The notes beneath the pieces were generated by a model. That model did not search any database. It was not told where the DNA came from and saw only the letters and a list, made by a program, of their open reading frames with translations. The translations under genes were made by a program, and so were the position numbers. Positions 1 to 11,626 of a stretch of DNA of 42,271 nt are shown here, piece by piece (the stretch's first letter is position 1; the number at the start of each line of letters is the position of its first letter). The stretch is from Trypethelium eluteriae (taxonomy: Eukaryota), in assembly GCA_051942245.1 (NCBI GenBank), contig JAVECL010000152.1, forward strand, positions 1 to 42,271, in the 5' to 3' direction.

Positions 1-668
1 GCCCTCTCCCCCGCCGCCACCGCCGGCCGCACCGCCGTCACCCCGACCGTCAACCTGATCCAGGGCTTCCGCGCCGCCGGCATGAAGGTGCTCTGGACGA
101 ACTGGGGCCTCGACAACTTCGACCTGCTGACCATCCCGCCGAGCTTCCTCGCGGGGTTCTCCTCCGACGACTCCGCCGCCACCACCTTCGGCTCCGACAT
201 GGGGCTTGTGCCCGGCACGAACATTTCCGCGGGCAGGAAGCTCTGGCGTAGGAGCTGGAATGCGCAGCCGTATGGGCCGTTGTATCCGCTGCAGACGGAG
301 GGGGTGGCGGCGGGGACGGATTTCTACTTTAATAAGAATCGGTTGAGCGGGTTGTGGGGGGCGCAGACGCCGCTGGGATTGTGGCTGCAGGAGAATGAGA
401 TTACGACGTTGTTCTTTGGCGGGGTGAATGCAGATCAGTGTGTCTGGGGGACGTTTTTGGATGCGTATTACAAGGGATTTGACGTGGTGTATGTGGAGGA
501 TATTTCGGCAACGGAGAGTCCAGAGTATGCAACGCAGATGGTGAAGTATAATGCTGATTGTAAGTGTAAAGTCTTCCTCTTCAAAATACGACCGCTAATA
601 TGTACTCTTAAATCACAGTGGATGGTTTCTTGACCAACTCGACCGCCATTTTGAACGCTATCAAATAA
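1..668 (+). CDS. Isochorismatase/cysteine-hydrolase family protein, 5'-truncated by window edge
   Basis: Frame 1 is open from base 1 (ALSPAATAGRTAV...MKVLWTNWG). Motifs FNKNRLSG, TLFFGGVNADQCV and DAYYKGFDVVYVED match the isochorismatase fold. A GTAAGT...CTAAT...CAG intron at 560-618 gives the C-terminus LDGFLTNSTAILNAIK*, TAA at 666-668. Confidence 0.85.
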
Positions 669-808
669 TGCTGTCTAACTTTCCCAATGCCAGAATAGAA
701 ACGCGCTCTTTCGTAAGATCAGAAGATATTATGTTGTTCTGTGAGGTCTGTCAACTTCTTGCTGTGCTTGATTACAGTGACGATCCTCCCTTGCTGATTT
801 GATGACCC

Positions 809-2435
809 CTACTCGTCATCCTCATCTTTGTCTTTCTTCTCGTCGTTCTTTTTCCTTTCTTTCTTTCGGCCCTCTCGTAGTGCCTCCTTCACTACCTCTC
901 CCTTTGGCTTCTCCCCATTCTCCGAATCTCCACCGGCCACGCCAACATCTTCATCCATACTTTCATCCCACTCGACATCATATTCTCCCGCAACTTGCTT
1001 GATCTCCCTCCTCAGCGCGTTCCCTTCCTCAACAGCCGTTGTCCACTTACTCAGGTCAAACCCCTTGGACTCATACAACTTCTGCTGCCGTCTGGAAATT
1101 GTAATGTTCATGGCCGACCGATACGACACCTCCCGATTATGATACAAGAACCAAACATAACCCCCCATAATCGTCGACAAGCTCACGAGGTACGTCACGG
1201 GCTCCATCACATCCCACCCCAGACTCGTCTGAAACGTCAGCAAATACACCACCCCCCACCACGCGGCGAGGATGCCGAGCCCGCCAAACGCCATGCGCTG
1301 CGCACTCCGATGCGCCAGCTCGTCGCACGCCTGCTTGATCGTCGCCATCGACGCAATCTCCCGACTCTTCTTGCGCAGCCGCGTGCGCAGATAGAACGTA
1401 CGATCCAAGAAGCTGGGGACGCCGACCAGGATCTCGCGCGGGGCGCCCTCGATCGCGACTGCGAACTCTTTGCCGCGCGCCGCGTCGCGGATGAAGTCGC
1501 CGACCTCGGTGCTGCTCGACCAGCGCACGAAGTGCCGGTGCGGATCCGTGGTGTTATTGTCAGTGGAGGGGCGCTGCAGGGCTGAGGCTTGGGTGGGCGA
1601 TTTGGGGTTGAGTTTGCCGGTCTTGGCGACTTGGCCTCCGATGCGCGTTTCGTCTGGGTTTTCAAGATCGTCTTCGTCCTTGCGTAACCGGTTGCGTTTA
1701 CTGACTGATTCTGCCTCTTCGGCGACCTCTTCGGGGATTTTAGGCTCCAGGCTGTCCTGTGTGTTGTCTTCGGCGCGGAAATGGACGTTTGGTATCTGGT
1801 CGGTATCCTTGCCCTTCTTATCTTTTACCCGGATCGTAGGAAGCTCGGATTGAATCAATCTTTCGAGGTATGAGAGCGGTTGCTGAGGGTGAACAAGGAG
1901 GGCAAGAGGTTCGACGGACTTGCGGTCGGTGTTTTGGTCGGAAGTAGTGAGTGGAAGGATAAGTTTAAGCATACGAGATGGAGTAGTCAGGAGTTTCCCT
2001 AAAAACATATCATCAGTTGTCGTGGTTTTCAGTAGATCTCCTCGTGGAAGCATTACCTTTAGTCATAGCTCCAGCGCTTCGTTGCTTCTTTACTGGCGGC
2101 TCATCACTGCCATCTCGATGCCAAGGTGTCCGAATCTGCTTGTACTTGCTCTCAGCGACTAGCCGATCATAATGCTGAATCTCTTCTTTTCCGACATCAT
2201 GGTTGAGCTCTGAGGCCGGCTGTGAGTACGAGCTGACGCTGCCACTTTCCCGTTGAGGCACAGGGTTCTTGATTTGTACGAGTCGGCGAGCAGAGGACTG
2301 AAAGCATCGAGGCCGTCGACTTGCTTGCTGCGAACAGAGAATAGGGTCGCAAGAGCGTTTTCGTATCGAGAAGTTCGAAACTCGCGAGAGCCGAGGAGCT
2401 ATGAACGCTACGTTAATCCAGAGCCGTTGCTCCAT
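809..2435 (-). CDS. MCU: Mitochondrial calcium uniporter (fungal MCU), 522 aa
   Basis: Exons 2435-2057 and 1998-809; intron 2056-1999 (GTAATG...TAG) keeps frame. Two TM helices flank the selectivity filter WDVMEPVTY (WDxxEP). N-terminus is Arg/Ser-rich like a mitochondrial presequence. Confidence 0.93.
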
Positions 2436-3848
2436 TGCATATTTTGGGTGAGGGAGGTGAGAAATTGTCAAGAGCGCATTTTAAAAGGAGAAATGATGCC
2501 ACTTGCGTTTTGAACCGAGAAGATGGGTAAATAGGAGGAAATAGACAAATTCGTGTTTACTTGGCTGCGACTAGGACGCGCCTAGGTTTTCTACGTCATT
2601 GCTCCGTGCTGGCTGGCGAATCCTACCTAGTTCCTTCCTCCAACATGTCATCTCATCATCTCATCCCACTTGCCAAAGAGAGATGAACGACTTTGGTGGA
2701 CAAGCTTCCATTCATGCCGCCTATTAAGTCGCCCATCTCCGCAAGAGATTTATCAGGCATACAAGTCAATCTTGATGTGGACTTGCTACGCATGCGGACC
2801 GTGCGAAGTCTTCGTCCTTCTGTGCAGTCTCGCTCACGGACTCGAGATTTTACGACTGGCTCCTCTTTTGCAACTTGTATATGGTGCAAATGAGTGGGGA
2901 AAGAGTAACGTTGACATTCAAGGATTTGAAAGTCGCAAGTCCATGGTAGTCTTTAAAATTTGACAGCATGTCAACTATTGAGCATAGGGAAAGCAAATCG
3001 AAATGCCGAGTGTCATCGATATGACTACTCAAGTATGTACTCGGGCACCTGAGATATCTGAGCAGTATCTGTAGCGTCTACATCAATCTCGGCTTCTCAG
3101 GGCTTCTGTCTGCGGCGAGGTGGTACACTATTGAGCTCATTCAACACCGCTACCGACTTCCTGTTCGCAGCGTCCCATTTCATCTTTAATGGTAGAGCCA
3201 TCCACCTCTTCCACACAGCTTCCAATCTTTTGTGGTGATTAATTGAGCCATCCAGAGACCCTTTGGGAGGTTCTCATATACACCACCAAGATCTGGGTCC
3301 CACTCCTGGTCAATTGATTGTGAATACGAGGGCTGAATGATCCCTAGCTGATGTTGCCAGCGAACTGTTTTTCGAAAAGTTGAGGAGGCGGTCAACCGCG
3401 CTGGTGACCATGAACGACCGTCAGAACGCTACCTAGGAGGGCCGCGAAGGGTGCCACGAAAGCCCCATTCCATCATCAAACACTAAGAATCGCTATACAA
3501 TGGCGAATCTTGGCCACATGCTAGCCTCAAACGATTTGGCAGTAAATTGTGGCAACGGTGAGGTCGAGAAATGTAAAAAAACAAAAACCAAACCCAAACT
3601 CAAACCCAAAATCCTATATAAATTTGGTGGGGGCCAGTTTCATAACATCCCTGTCGATTTCATACGTCTTTCGAATACGGCAAAGCCCCGTGGGCTAAAG
3701 CCGTAGAGTAAGCTCGGACTCATATTGTCCCTAGCACCTTCACCGACACGGACATGATGCCTTGAATCATTCATCCCAAGGCTCTGCCTTGTATTCAAGC
3801 TGTTGTGAACTGCCGACTGGACGAGTCTGTGTGTGTATGAACAGAGCG

Positions 3849-5894
3849 ATGACATCTACGGCAAAATGGTTCACCTACCGTAGCATCAATGATGCGCGAT
3901 CGATCCGGATCCTTAGGGTATACGGCAGCTGCTTCGTTGATTCTCCAGTCGAGTGTGGTCTTCTTGAAAGGTCTCTCGAAGATCAGCAGCTAAAGTATGA
4001 AGCCATCTCTTACTGCTGGGAAGGCCAGGAGCCAACTCAAACCCTACTGTGCGAAAAGCAAGCTCTGCTGGTAACGAAGAATTGTGAATTGGCGTTGAAG
4101 CGTTTTCGACCCACAGCAAACGATGAGACTCGTTTGCTTTGGATAGATGCTGTATGTATCGATCAAACAGCGACGCGGGAACGCGGCCATCAGGTGAATT
4201 TGATGGGAGAAATATTCAACAAGGCGGATCATGTACTAGCCTGGCTTGGCAATTTGGAAGAGTCCAACGGACATGAAACTTTCGGTGATCGTGATCTCCG
4301 TGTTAGAACTTTTCGCTGGTTAGTGAGGTTAGCAGATGCTGCTGTGGATCATGACATAGAAAGAAGGGATGACCGGCTGTTCAAGCTGACACTCGAGCCT
4401 GAAGCCATTGGTAAGCATTTTGCATTGCGATTGACCTTCAAGGGAATTGGAATTATATCATAAGGGGTCTCTACAGCTGAAATTGTCCTAGATCTTACGG
4501 AACTCGTTCGACAAGTACCATGGTTCAAGCGTTTATGGGTAGTTCAAGAAATTGTTCTTTGCAAGGCTGCAACATTGGTATATGGACGATTTGAGGCCTC
4601 ATTAGACGCTATAATCAAGGCAAAGATGATTCTAGGAAATATGGAGAGGATGGGCAAAGCTTCTGCAGAGCGTGCTTCTCAATCGCTCTGGAACGCTTTT
4701 GCTACACATCATCAAGGATCGCACTTACTGGGACTGTCTCGATCGTACAAAAGACTGGACGAGAGTATTCTTTGCCACTTCATAGCCGAAACACGATTCT
4801 CCGGAACTAGCGATAACAGAGATAAAATCCTTGCATTGCATAGTCTTTTGACTGCTTACGGCGTGCCTCTGCCAGAGCCGGATTACTCCAAGTCTGCGGC
4901 AACAATCTATCGAGAAACGACGATGACCATAATGCAGACTTATAGAAGCTTGCGCATATTGGAGCAAGTAGATGGGCTAGGGCCTACTCTCAATATGACG
5001 TCCTGGGTACCAGATTGGGCGTCCTCCAAACATAGCATCGGGCTGGAAGACGATACTTGTGCAGATGTTCCGTACTCCGAGCCATTCTTTCAGTTTAGAG
5101 ATGGCGGTCAGCAGCTCATTCTAAAGGGTATTGGAGTTGACACAGTCACTACACGTTCGTCCTTCTGCTATATGCACGCAGATGAGCGGCTTGGACATCT
5201 CAAAGATTACGCATCTTGGACTAGGAACCCTTCAATCTCTGACTTGGACTGGGAAAAAATGCGCCATGCCAATCCTCAGTATACCCCTGCTATACTTCGC
5301 CTTTGGAATATTAGAGTGCTGCAAGATTTTGCCCTTGTCGCTCTTGATGGTAGTCCTACCGAGGCAAGTGACGCTTCGATCCTCGCGCTGCACCATTCTT
5401 TGATGAGCCAAGTCCGTCACACTGTTGCCGTAGAGAGGCAGGGCAAGGCTCGTGCAGCATTTCGCACGCTATGCACTGCGTGGAATCATCCCGATGATAA
5501 TGAAGAGCCTGACCGTCAATGGATGCTAACTTGGCTAGATATGTCCAGAACAAGTCCCAGCGACGTGCTATTGAATAACCTGACCGAGACTCACGAGTAT
5601 AGGGTTCTGGAGCGCATCTCACGAAGCTCCTATTGCAAAGAGCTTCTCCATCATGTTGGCAGAACACGCTATAAAACAATCTTCAAGACTGCGTCTGGGA
5701 GGATAGGGATTGCGCCTTGGTCTATCAAGTCCGGTGATGAGATCATGCTGTTCTCAGGCGCGCGACTTCCTTTAGTAACTCGCCGTCTTGGACAGCGATA
5801 TAGACTTATAGCGCACGCCCATGTGCATAGCATCATGCACGGTGAAGCATGGCCACAGGACTCGACAGCGTTGAGTGAAACATGTCTTATTTGA
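3849..5894 (+). CDS. HET-domain (heterokaryon incompatibility, HET-6-like) protein
   Basis: HET motifs YEAISYCW, LWIDAVCIDQ, QVNLMGEIF and, after a GTAAGC intron 4411-4476 (or 4411-4464, same phase), WFKRLWVVQE. HET-6-like downstream blocks RDKILAL, PDYSKS, SWVPDW, GRIGIAP. Start may be ATG 3837 or 3849. Confidence 0.9.
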
Positions 5895-5989
5895 TCACTT
5901 GAGACATTGTGACTAGGGTCCTACGTCCCATGGAATATAGTAAAGTACATAATCTACACTGCACACGCGGAAGCTCATGATCTCTTGAT

Positions 5990-6650
5990 TGCTAACTGAT
6001 CTTTCTAATTTCTAATTGAAAGGCTGTTGGCTCTTCTTAATAAGCTACACCTGGATCACAGAAATTAATGGAGAGTATTTATGAAAGTAAATTCGGACGG
6101 CTCTATTGCGAAATTGAACATGTGGTACTCTGTTAATACTTGCAATTCTATGTTGGCCCTGTTTATGGCGATACCACCAGGGAAAAAAGAAAGAGACGAA
6201 GAGCTAGCCATACACAAAGCTAGTAGATTGGCGTTGGTCTGGATAGTAGTCGGTAAGGATGGCTGTTCTATAAATATTAAAGAAAAAAGAAAAGGTCTTC
6301 CTCTAGTCTCATCACCATACTTAAGGTCTAAAAGTGGAAATAGAAATGGGAGTACTTATGCGATATCTATAAATCTAACTGTTTTCTTGAGTAAAAGTTA
6401 CCACACTCACTACCTAAATAGATTAGTGTTAAGCCAAGCTAAAAGTGGGACTTCAAACCACCGGCTTGTTATCAGCTGAACTTCTATTTAGGCAAGGCTG
6501 TTTGGCCTTTTCTTAAACCTGTATAGACTGGCTCACTGGCTTGGACCAATTCAATTTAATTTTGGCAAACTTAAAATACTATCTTGGTCTACTTAAGTCT
6601 ATCTAGATTCTAGTTAATTAAATGATAGGTTCTAAAGTTTTAATACAAAG
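5990..6650. other. AT/TpA-rich degenerate segment, possible RIP-mutated relic
   Basis: Abrupt AT enrichment with many TA/TAG/TAA/CTA words compared with the flanking genes. No intact ORF or TIR/LTR recognised. Judged by eye. Confidence 0.45.
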
Positions 6651-7080
6651 CTTTCGAAGGCTGCAGGAGTCATGTCGAAGGTAACCTGAAAAAGACCTGC
6701 CACTTCACGTGTGGAGAAGAGTGTATTGTGTTCACGAAATCTTCTGTATCACCCAACCTTCCCACCGAATAGTCACGAGGTTTTGATGCACACAATTATG
6801 ATGAAGCTTCGTTGCGAACCGCAGCATTTTTATAGATCATGTAGTTCTCCGTTTGCTGACTGCCCCATTCTGAATCACGCAGTAGGTTGCGTTTGACATG
6901 GAGGTAACTTGCAGTCATGTGTGACCATAAGATTCCGTGAAGTCGGTTATTGGCTATTCACCGTGGTCAAAAATACTGCACTTGAGCCCCTTTCTTATTA
7001 TAAGGCTGCCTTCTCTAAATTTCATCCCATTTTCTGCTTTCTGCACAAGCACGTATCGTCGCCATCTACGAACAACCACA

Positions 7081-9409
7081 ATGAATGTTCACAATGCCGC
7101 CGACCTCGAGCAATACACTCAGCTGATGTCGCGCCAGCGGCTGACCTTGCAAAAAGCTAAAGCTCGTCAAGGCCAGCGACCTCGCGATCGGAGATCTAGA
7201 CAAGACGCATACTCTAAATTCATGCTAAGCCTCATGTTAAGTGGAAGGCAAAGAGATGACAGACACTTGATTCACACGTCGCTGATTCCCCCTTCGTATC
7301 ATCCATGCATTGCACCTTTAGCCGAGTTGAGACCAGCCGCCATCAGAGATCTTCAGCTTGAGATACATCATCGAGGCACGTATTTATTGCTACGATCCAT
7401 AACGCCCCCTCAACGCATGACAGCAATTATGGCACTCATGGAAGACAAGAAGGATGATGTCGTTCTGCTTCAATTATACCAGCAGGAAGACGAAATTTCT
7501 CTCGAGGCTACCAAAATCGTCAATATCGGAACAATCTTGTTGGTGAAGGAGCCTTACTTCAAGGTCATGGGAGACGGTGAATATGGCCTTCGGGTGGACC
7601 ATGTCTCCGATGTAGTCCACCTCAAGGAGGGCAATACCATGATTCCAGACGAATGGCGGCCACGACTCATTGAAATTGAAACGACAGGCACAGCTGAATC
7701 ACTCAAGCTCAGGGGAAATGCGGCCGTTGGAGAGCACAGATATCGGGACGCGATCACAGAGTAAGCATGTCGTACCAAGGAAGGAAGGAAATATTCTCAA
7801 TTCACCATTTGAGCAGGTACTCGAATGCTCTAAAGCAACCAGCTACAGCAAACCAAATAGAGGTTATCAAGCGCAATAGATCGCTCGCCTATCTCAAAAT
7901 GAAGCAATTCGATGCCGCACTCTCTGACACCGGGTTCCCAACCTTCACCTCCACGCCTTCAGACAAGGCCTTGTTCCGCGCTGCCGAAGCCCTATACTAT
8001 CTTGGACGATACTCTGAGTGCTGTGAGGTACTCGAGGTTCTTCATACCAACTTTCCAGAAAACAAGCAAGCCTCGGAGGTCCTTGCCCGTGCTCGAAGTC
8101 GTTTTCTTGAGCAAAAGACCGGAAAGTACAATTTTAAGTATTTCCAGGCAAAGGCCAAGAAACTCCAGCCCCCTCACTTGGACGCTGCTTCATACATTGG
8201 GCCAGTAGAAGTCAAACAGACGCAGTCCAAAGGCCGCGGTCTGTTCGTCACCAAGGCTGTGAAGGCGGGAGACTTACTGCTTTGCGAAAAAGCATTTTCA
8301 CATGCCCATGTGTCTGATCGTGCAGCCGACAACGCTGGCAGTAGCTCGGAGGTCACCATGTTGGTGAATATAGAGACAAACCAGGGTTTCCGAGGTGGAC
8401 AGGCCGACCTCCTCAAATCTATCGTGCAAAGTCTCTATCGCAACCCATCACTTGCTCCCGCGTTCACCGCTTTGTATCATGGACCTTACGAAGCGGTGAC
8501 TACATCTGCCATTGATGGAGAGCCAGTCGTTGACACGTAAGTGCAAATAGCAAGGCCATAAATGAGCTAGGATAGTAATCCGTCCGCAGATTTCTCGTCG
8601 AGCGAATTATAAATTTCAATGTCTTTGGCTGTCCAGTTTCTAGCGTGATCTCTCACAAAAATGTTCGAGACGGCAAAGAAATGAAGGAGAAGGCTCATCA
8701 TTCATGTGGTATCTGGACTCAGGCGTCATATATCAACCACAGCTGTACCAGCAATGCCCGCCGGGCATTCATTGGCGACATGATGATCGTACGTGCAACT
8801 CGTGACATGGAGTCCGGCACAGAAATCACCTTCTGGTATCACTCCCCACTGGGCGCCAGCGCGAAAGCCGAACAGGAAAAATTTAAACATTGGGACTTTG
8901 TCTGCGATTGCGCCATCTGTCAAGACTCAAGGGATACGAAAGCGGCTGTTGCAGCGGAAAGAGAGAAGGTGATGAAGAATTTAAAGAGAGCATACGAGAA
9001 CCCGCTTGGGATTCAAATGAGGAAAGCCAACAAACTTCTCGAAGCCCTCAATAACACGTACATACGCCCAGCGCACGAAGTTCCACGCCTATTGCTCTGG
9101 GATCCACTGCTGGTACTGGTACGTATGTATGCTAGACAGTCTGATGTGGTCAAGTGTTTGGATTCGGCTAGCAAAGTTTTGACTTCGCTTGGCTTCATTG
9201 TCGTGGGCGCTGACACTTCCACCACGTCGTTTGCCGTTGTTAAATGGGGCTTGATGATCGATCAATTGGTTGAGACATTTTTGCATCTAAAGGCTGCGTT
9301 CGTGGCCATTGATGCCTATGACGACGCGGCACGTGCAGATGAGTACGCGAGGACGGCATACAAAACTCTTGTGGGAGAAGACACGTCATTCAACACGACG
9401 TACGTATAA
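7081..9409 (+). CDS. TPR + SET-domain protein (putative lysine methyltransferase)
   Basis: Exons 7081-7760, 7817-8536, 8590-9409; both GT-AG introns are phase-consistent. TPR helices (NRSLAYLKMKQFDAAL, KALFRAAEALYYLG). SET motifs GRGLFVTKAVKAGDLLLCEK, YINHSC, GTEITFWY. Post-SET FVCDCAIC. Confidence 0.9.
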
Positions 9410-10408
9410 GGTGGTAGTCGAGGGATTGGCGTCATTTAGCCTAGGCTAATCCCATAATGGAAGCGTGGAAATGGCCAGCAGCTGCATCCAAGGAATCTGG
9501 CTTGACCTACGTAGGTACGTAGCTGCGTGATTTGGCTCTCAACCTTGCGAGGTCCATTGTCTCTCGAAGATAGCACCTTGAATAGATGAATCAGCCTCAT
9601 TCTACTAAGCCTGTGGCAAGCAAGTCTGTAGTTGATCTAACCTCTCCTTGTGGTCGAAAATTGGTGCAAACACGCCTCGGTGCAGCAAGCTTCTTACAGG
9701 AGTTAATATCTTTGCATGTCAACTACCATATTTCTCCAGGCAGCAGCAACAGCCTATACCACCATTCGTGGCTCGCAAGTCATAGCCTTGTTATTGGGCC
9801 TCAACACATAGACCACATGATGCGTTGCTACCTTGCATGACAGTTGATGTTTGAGACTTCCAGCCTTGGTATACAAGCCGGAAACTGTGCTGGGCTTTCG
9901 CTCTTATCCAGAAAAGTCTTCTGAATATTATAGAATTTTGACACTCTTTACGTGAGACCCAAGAGCTGCTAAACTGAGCCAAGGAAGTTGTTACAGCGGC
10001 GCTGTCTTCTCTCCGATCCCAGATCCTATTCGAAACATCAAGATCAAGTTTACACCCTCGCTGCAACGTGGTGTTCATGTAGTCAGGGCCCATTCAGACT
10101 GCCATCAAAGAAGTGCTCTGATGAATCGATCTCGAGGCTCCATCATTTCGACATTGGCGGTAACATCCGTTGAGGGCTTGTCAAGCTCAGTATATTTTGA
10201 CATCCGCATTACTGATCTGTGAAAATAATCGAGAGAATCGCTCGCGGAAAATCGAGCGGTCCTGCTTCATTGCAAATTACCCTTTTTTTGGGTGTGGTGG
10301 AGGCCAGTCAGTATCCAAGTTCCCCAGCTCCGTAGGAAATATGGCTGTTGCTCTTATTTGCCGAGGCTTGGTAGCTTTTCCATATCAAGCAGAGGAAGCA
10401 CATATCCA

Positions 10409-11254
10409 TCAATCCTTAAATTCGCTCTCTCTCTTCTCCAGTCTCACCTTTGTGATTGCCATACATAGACTTGCCATCTTCTCCGGGTCCCTCCCTACCG
10501 CTTCAAACATCTGCTCTACATCGCTTCCTAATCCAATCGTTTCTGCCGTTCTTAGACTCCTGGGATCCATGAACGGCGCCAAGCAGATCCAGAGCCCTTG
10601 CATCGTATCGCAGAAAATATTCACTCCAACGTCACCCAGCCCCTTGATCTCCTTGACCTTGCTCTTGATCCGCTGCGGCTCATCTTCTGCGTCTTTGCGC
10701 AAGTTGTTCAAATCCCCTTCCCATTTCTCTAGTACCCACTCGCACAGATCTCCAAGTGCTGTCGCAGTTTTCTCCCGGTATCGCGTGTAGCCGCCCTTGG
10801 TGAGAACTTCGGTGCGCTCTTCCCAACTACTGCTATTCAGGGTCTGAACGTCGGCATAACCTGCTTCGATGACGCACGAGACGGTCTTGGATGCGAGCTC
10901 ATGCGATATGCGTGCTGATGTGAGCATTGCATTGAAGATATGCGCAAGTACGGTAGAAGCGGTAGGAGTGGAGGGCTCAGAAATTCCATTTGATGAGAGC
11001 GGGAGCTCTCCGTATTTCTCAATGAGCGCCATGGCTTTTGATTTGAGAGACTCGGAGCTGGAGGATAGATCTTTAACCTTGCCATTACGGACATTACTGG
11101 CGTCTTCGATTTTGGTGGTTTTGGAATGTTTCGATTGATGCGAAGATTGGTCTGTGGTTTGTTTGCGTTTCCGTCCCGACGTACCCGGTGTCTGCTTCTT
11201 CTGTTCTGCAGCTGTCTTGGATGCGCCAGCAGATTGCGCTCTTGTACGTGCCAT
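10409..11254 (-). CDS. HhH-GPD superfamily-like (endonuclease III/DNA glycosylase-like) protein with basic disordered N-terminus
   Basis: Intronless ORF from MARTRAQS (ATG 11254). NLS-like GRKRK. Helix-hairpin-helix IKGLGDVGVNIF followed about 20 aa later by PFMD. Upstream blocks TSARISHELA and WEERTEVLTKGGYTRYREKTA. Confidence 0.65.
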   Translation of the reverse strand: MARTRAQSAGASKTAAEQKKQTPGTSGRKRKQTTDQSSHQSKHSKTTKIEDASNVRNGKVKDLSSSSESLKSKAMALIEKYGELPLSSNGISEPSTPTASTVLAHIFNAMLTSARISHELASKTVSCVIEAGYADVQTLNSSSWEERTEVLTKGGYTRYREKTATALGDLCEWVLEKWEGDLNNLRKDAEDEPQRIKSKVKEIKGLGDVGVNIFCDTMQGLWICLAPFMDPRSLRTAETIGLGSDVEQMFEAVGRDPEKMASLCMAITKVRLEKRESEFKD

Positions 11255-11626
11255 TTTTTTGGTCAGTCGAGCAGGTATGAAGTGGCGATGTCCGAGGGAC
11301 AGTGAGCTTATTAGGAGACCACTTTTTGCGCCCACCCGAATGAGTCTCGCTTCACGTCACAGGGTCATGCGCGTCACCGCGGCGTTGCATCGCATCACGC
11401 GTATTTACCATGCTCTGTGTTCAACATCACATCGTAAAACTCGACGTAGGAAGCGGCGACTATACGCGTAAAAGAAACTTGAAGTCCAATTTAGCTTCAG
11501 CACAAGAGCATTTTCAGAGAGAATGAAGATACTTGCACAATTCAGCACTAAGACGAAGTTTGGCGATAAGCTCGACACAACGTCACGGCCCAAGACGCAG
11601 ACACTTCAAGCAAGCAGATCAGTGCG

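Noticed and set aside
828..1853. Several overlapping ORFs within MCU
   Set aside because: Same shadow effect in a GC-rich island; no motifs.
2656..3500. Short ORFs between MCU and HET as a possible pseudogene
   Set aside because: No recognisable domain in the frames examined; cannot be supported without BLASTX.
3574..3611. AAACCC/AAACTC-like repeats resembling telomeric DNA
   Set aside because: Short, degenerate and not CCCTAA; ordinary low-complexity sequence.
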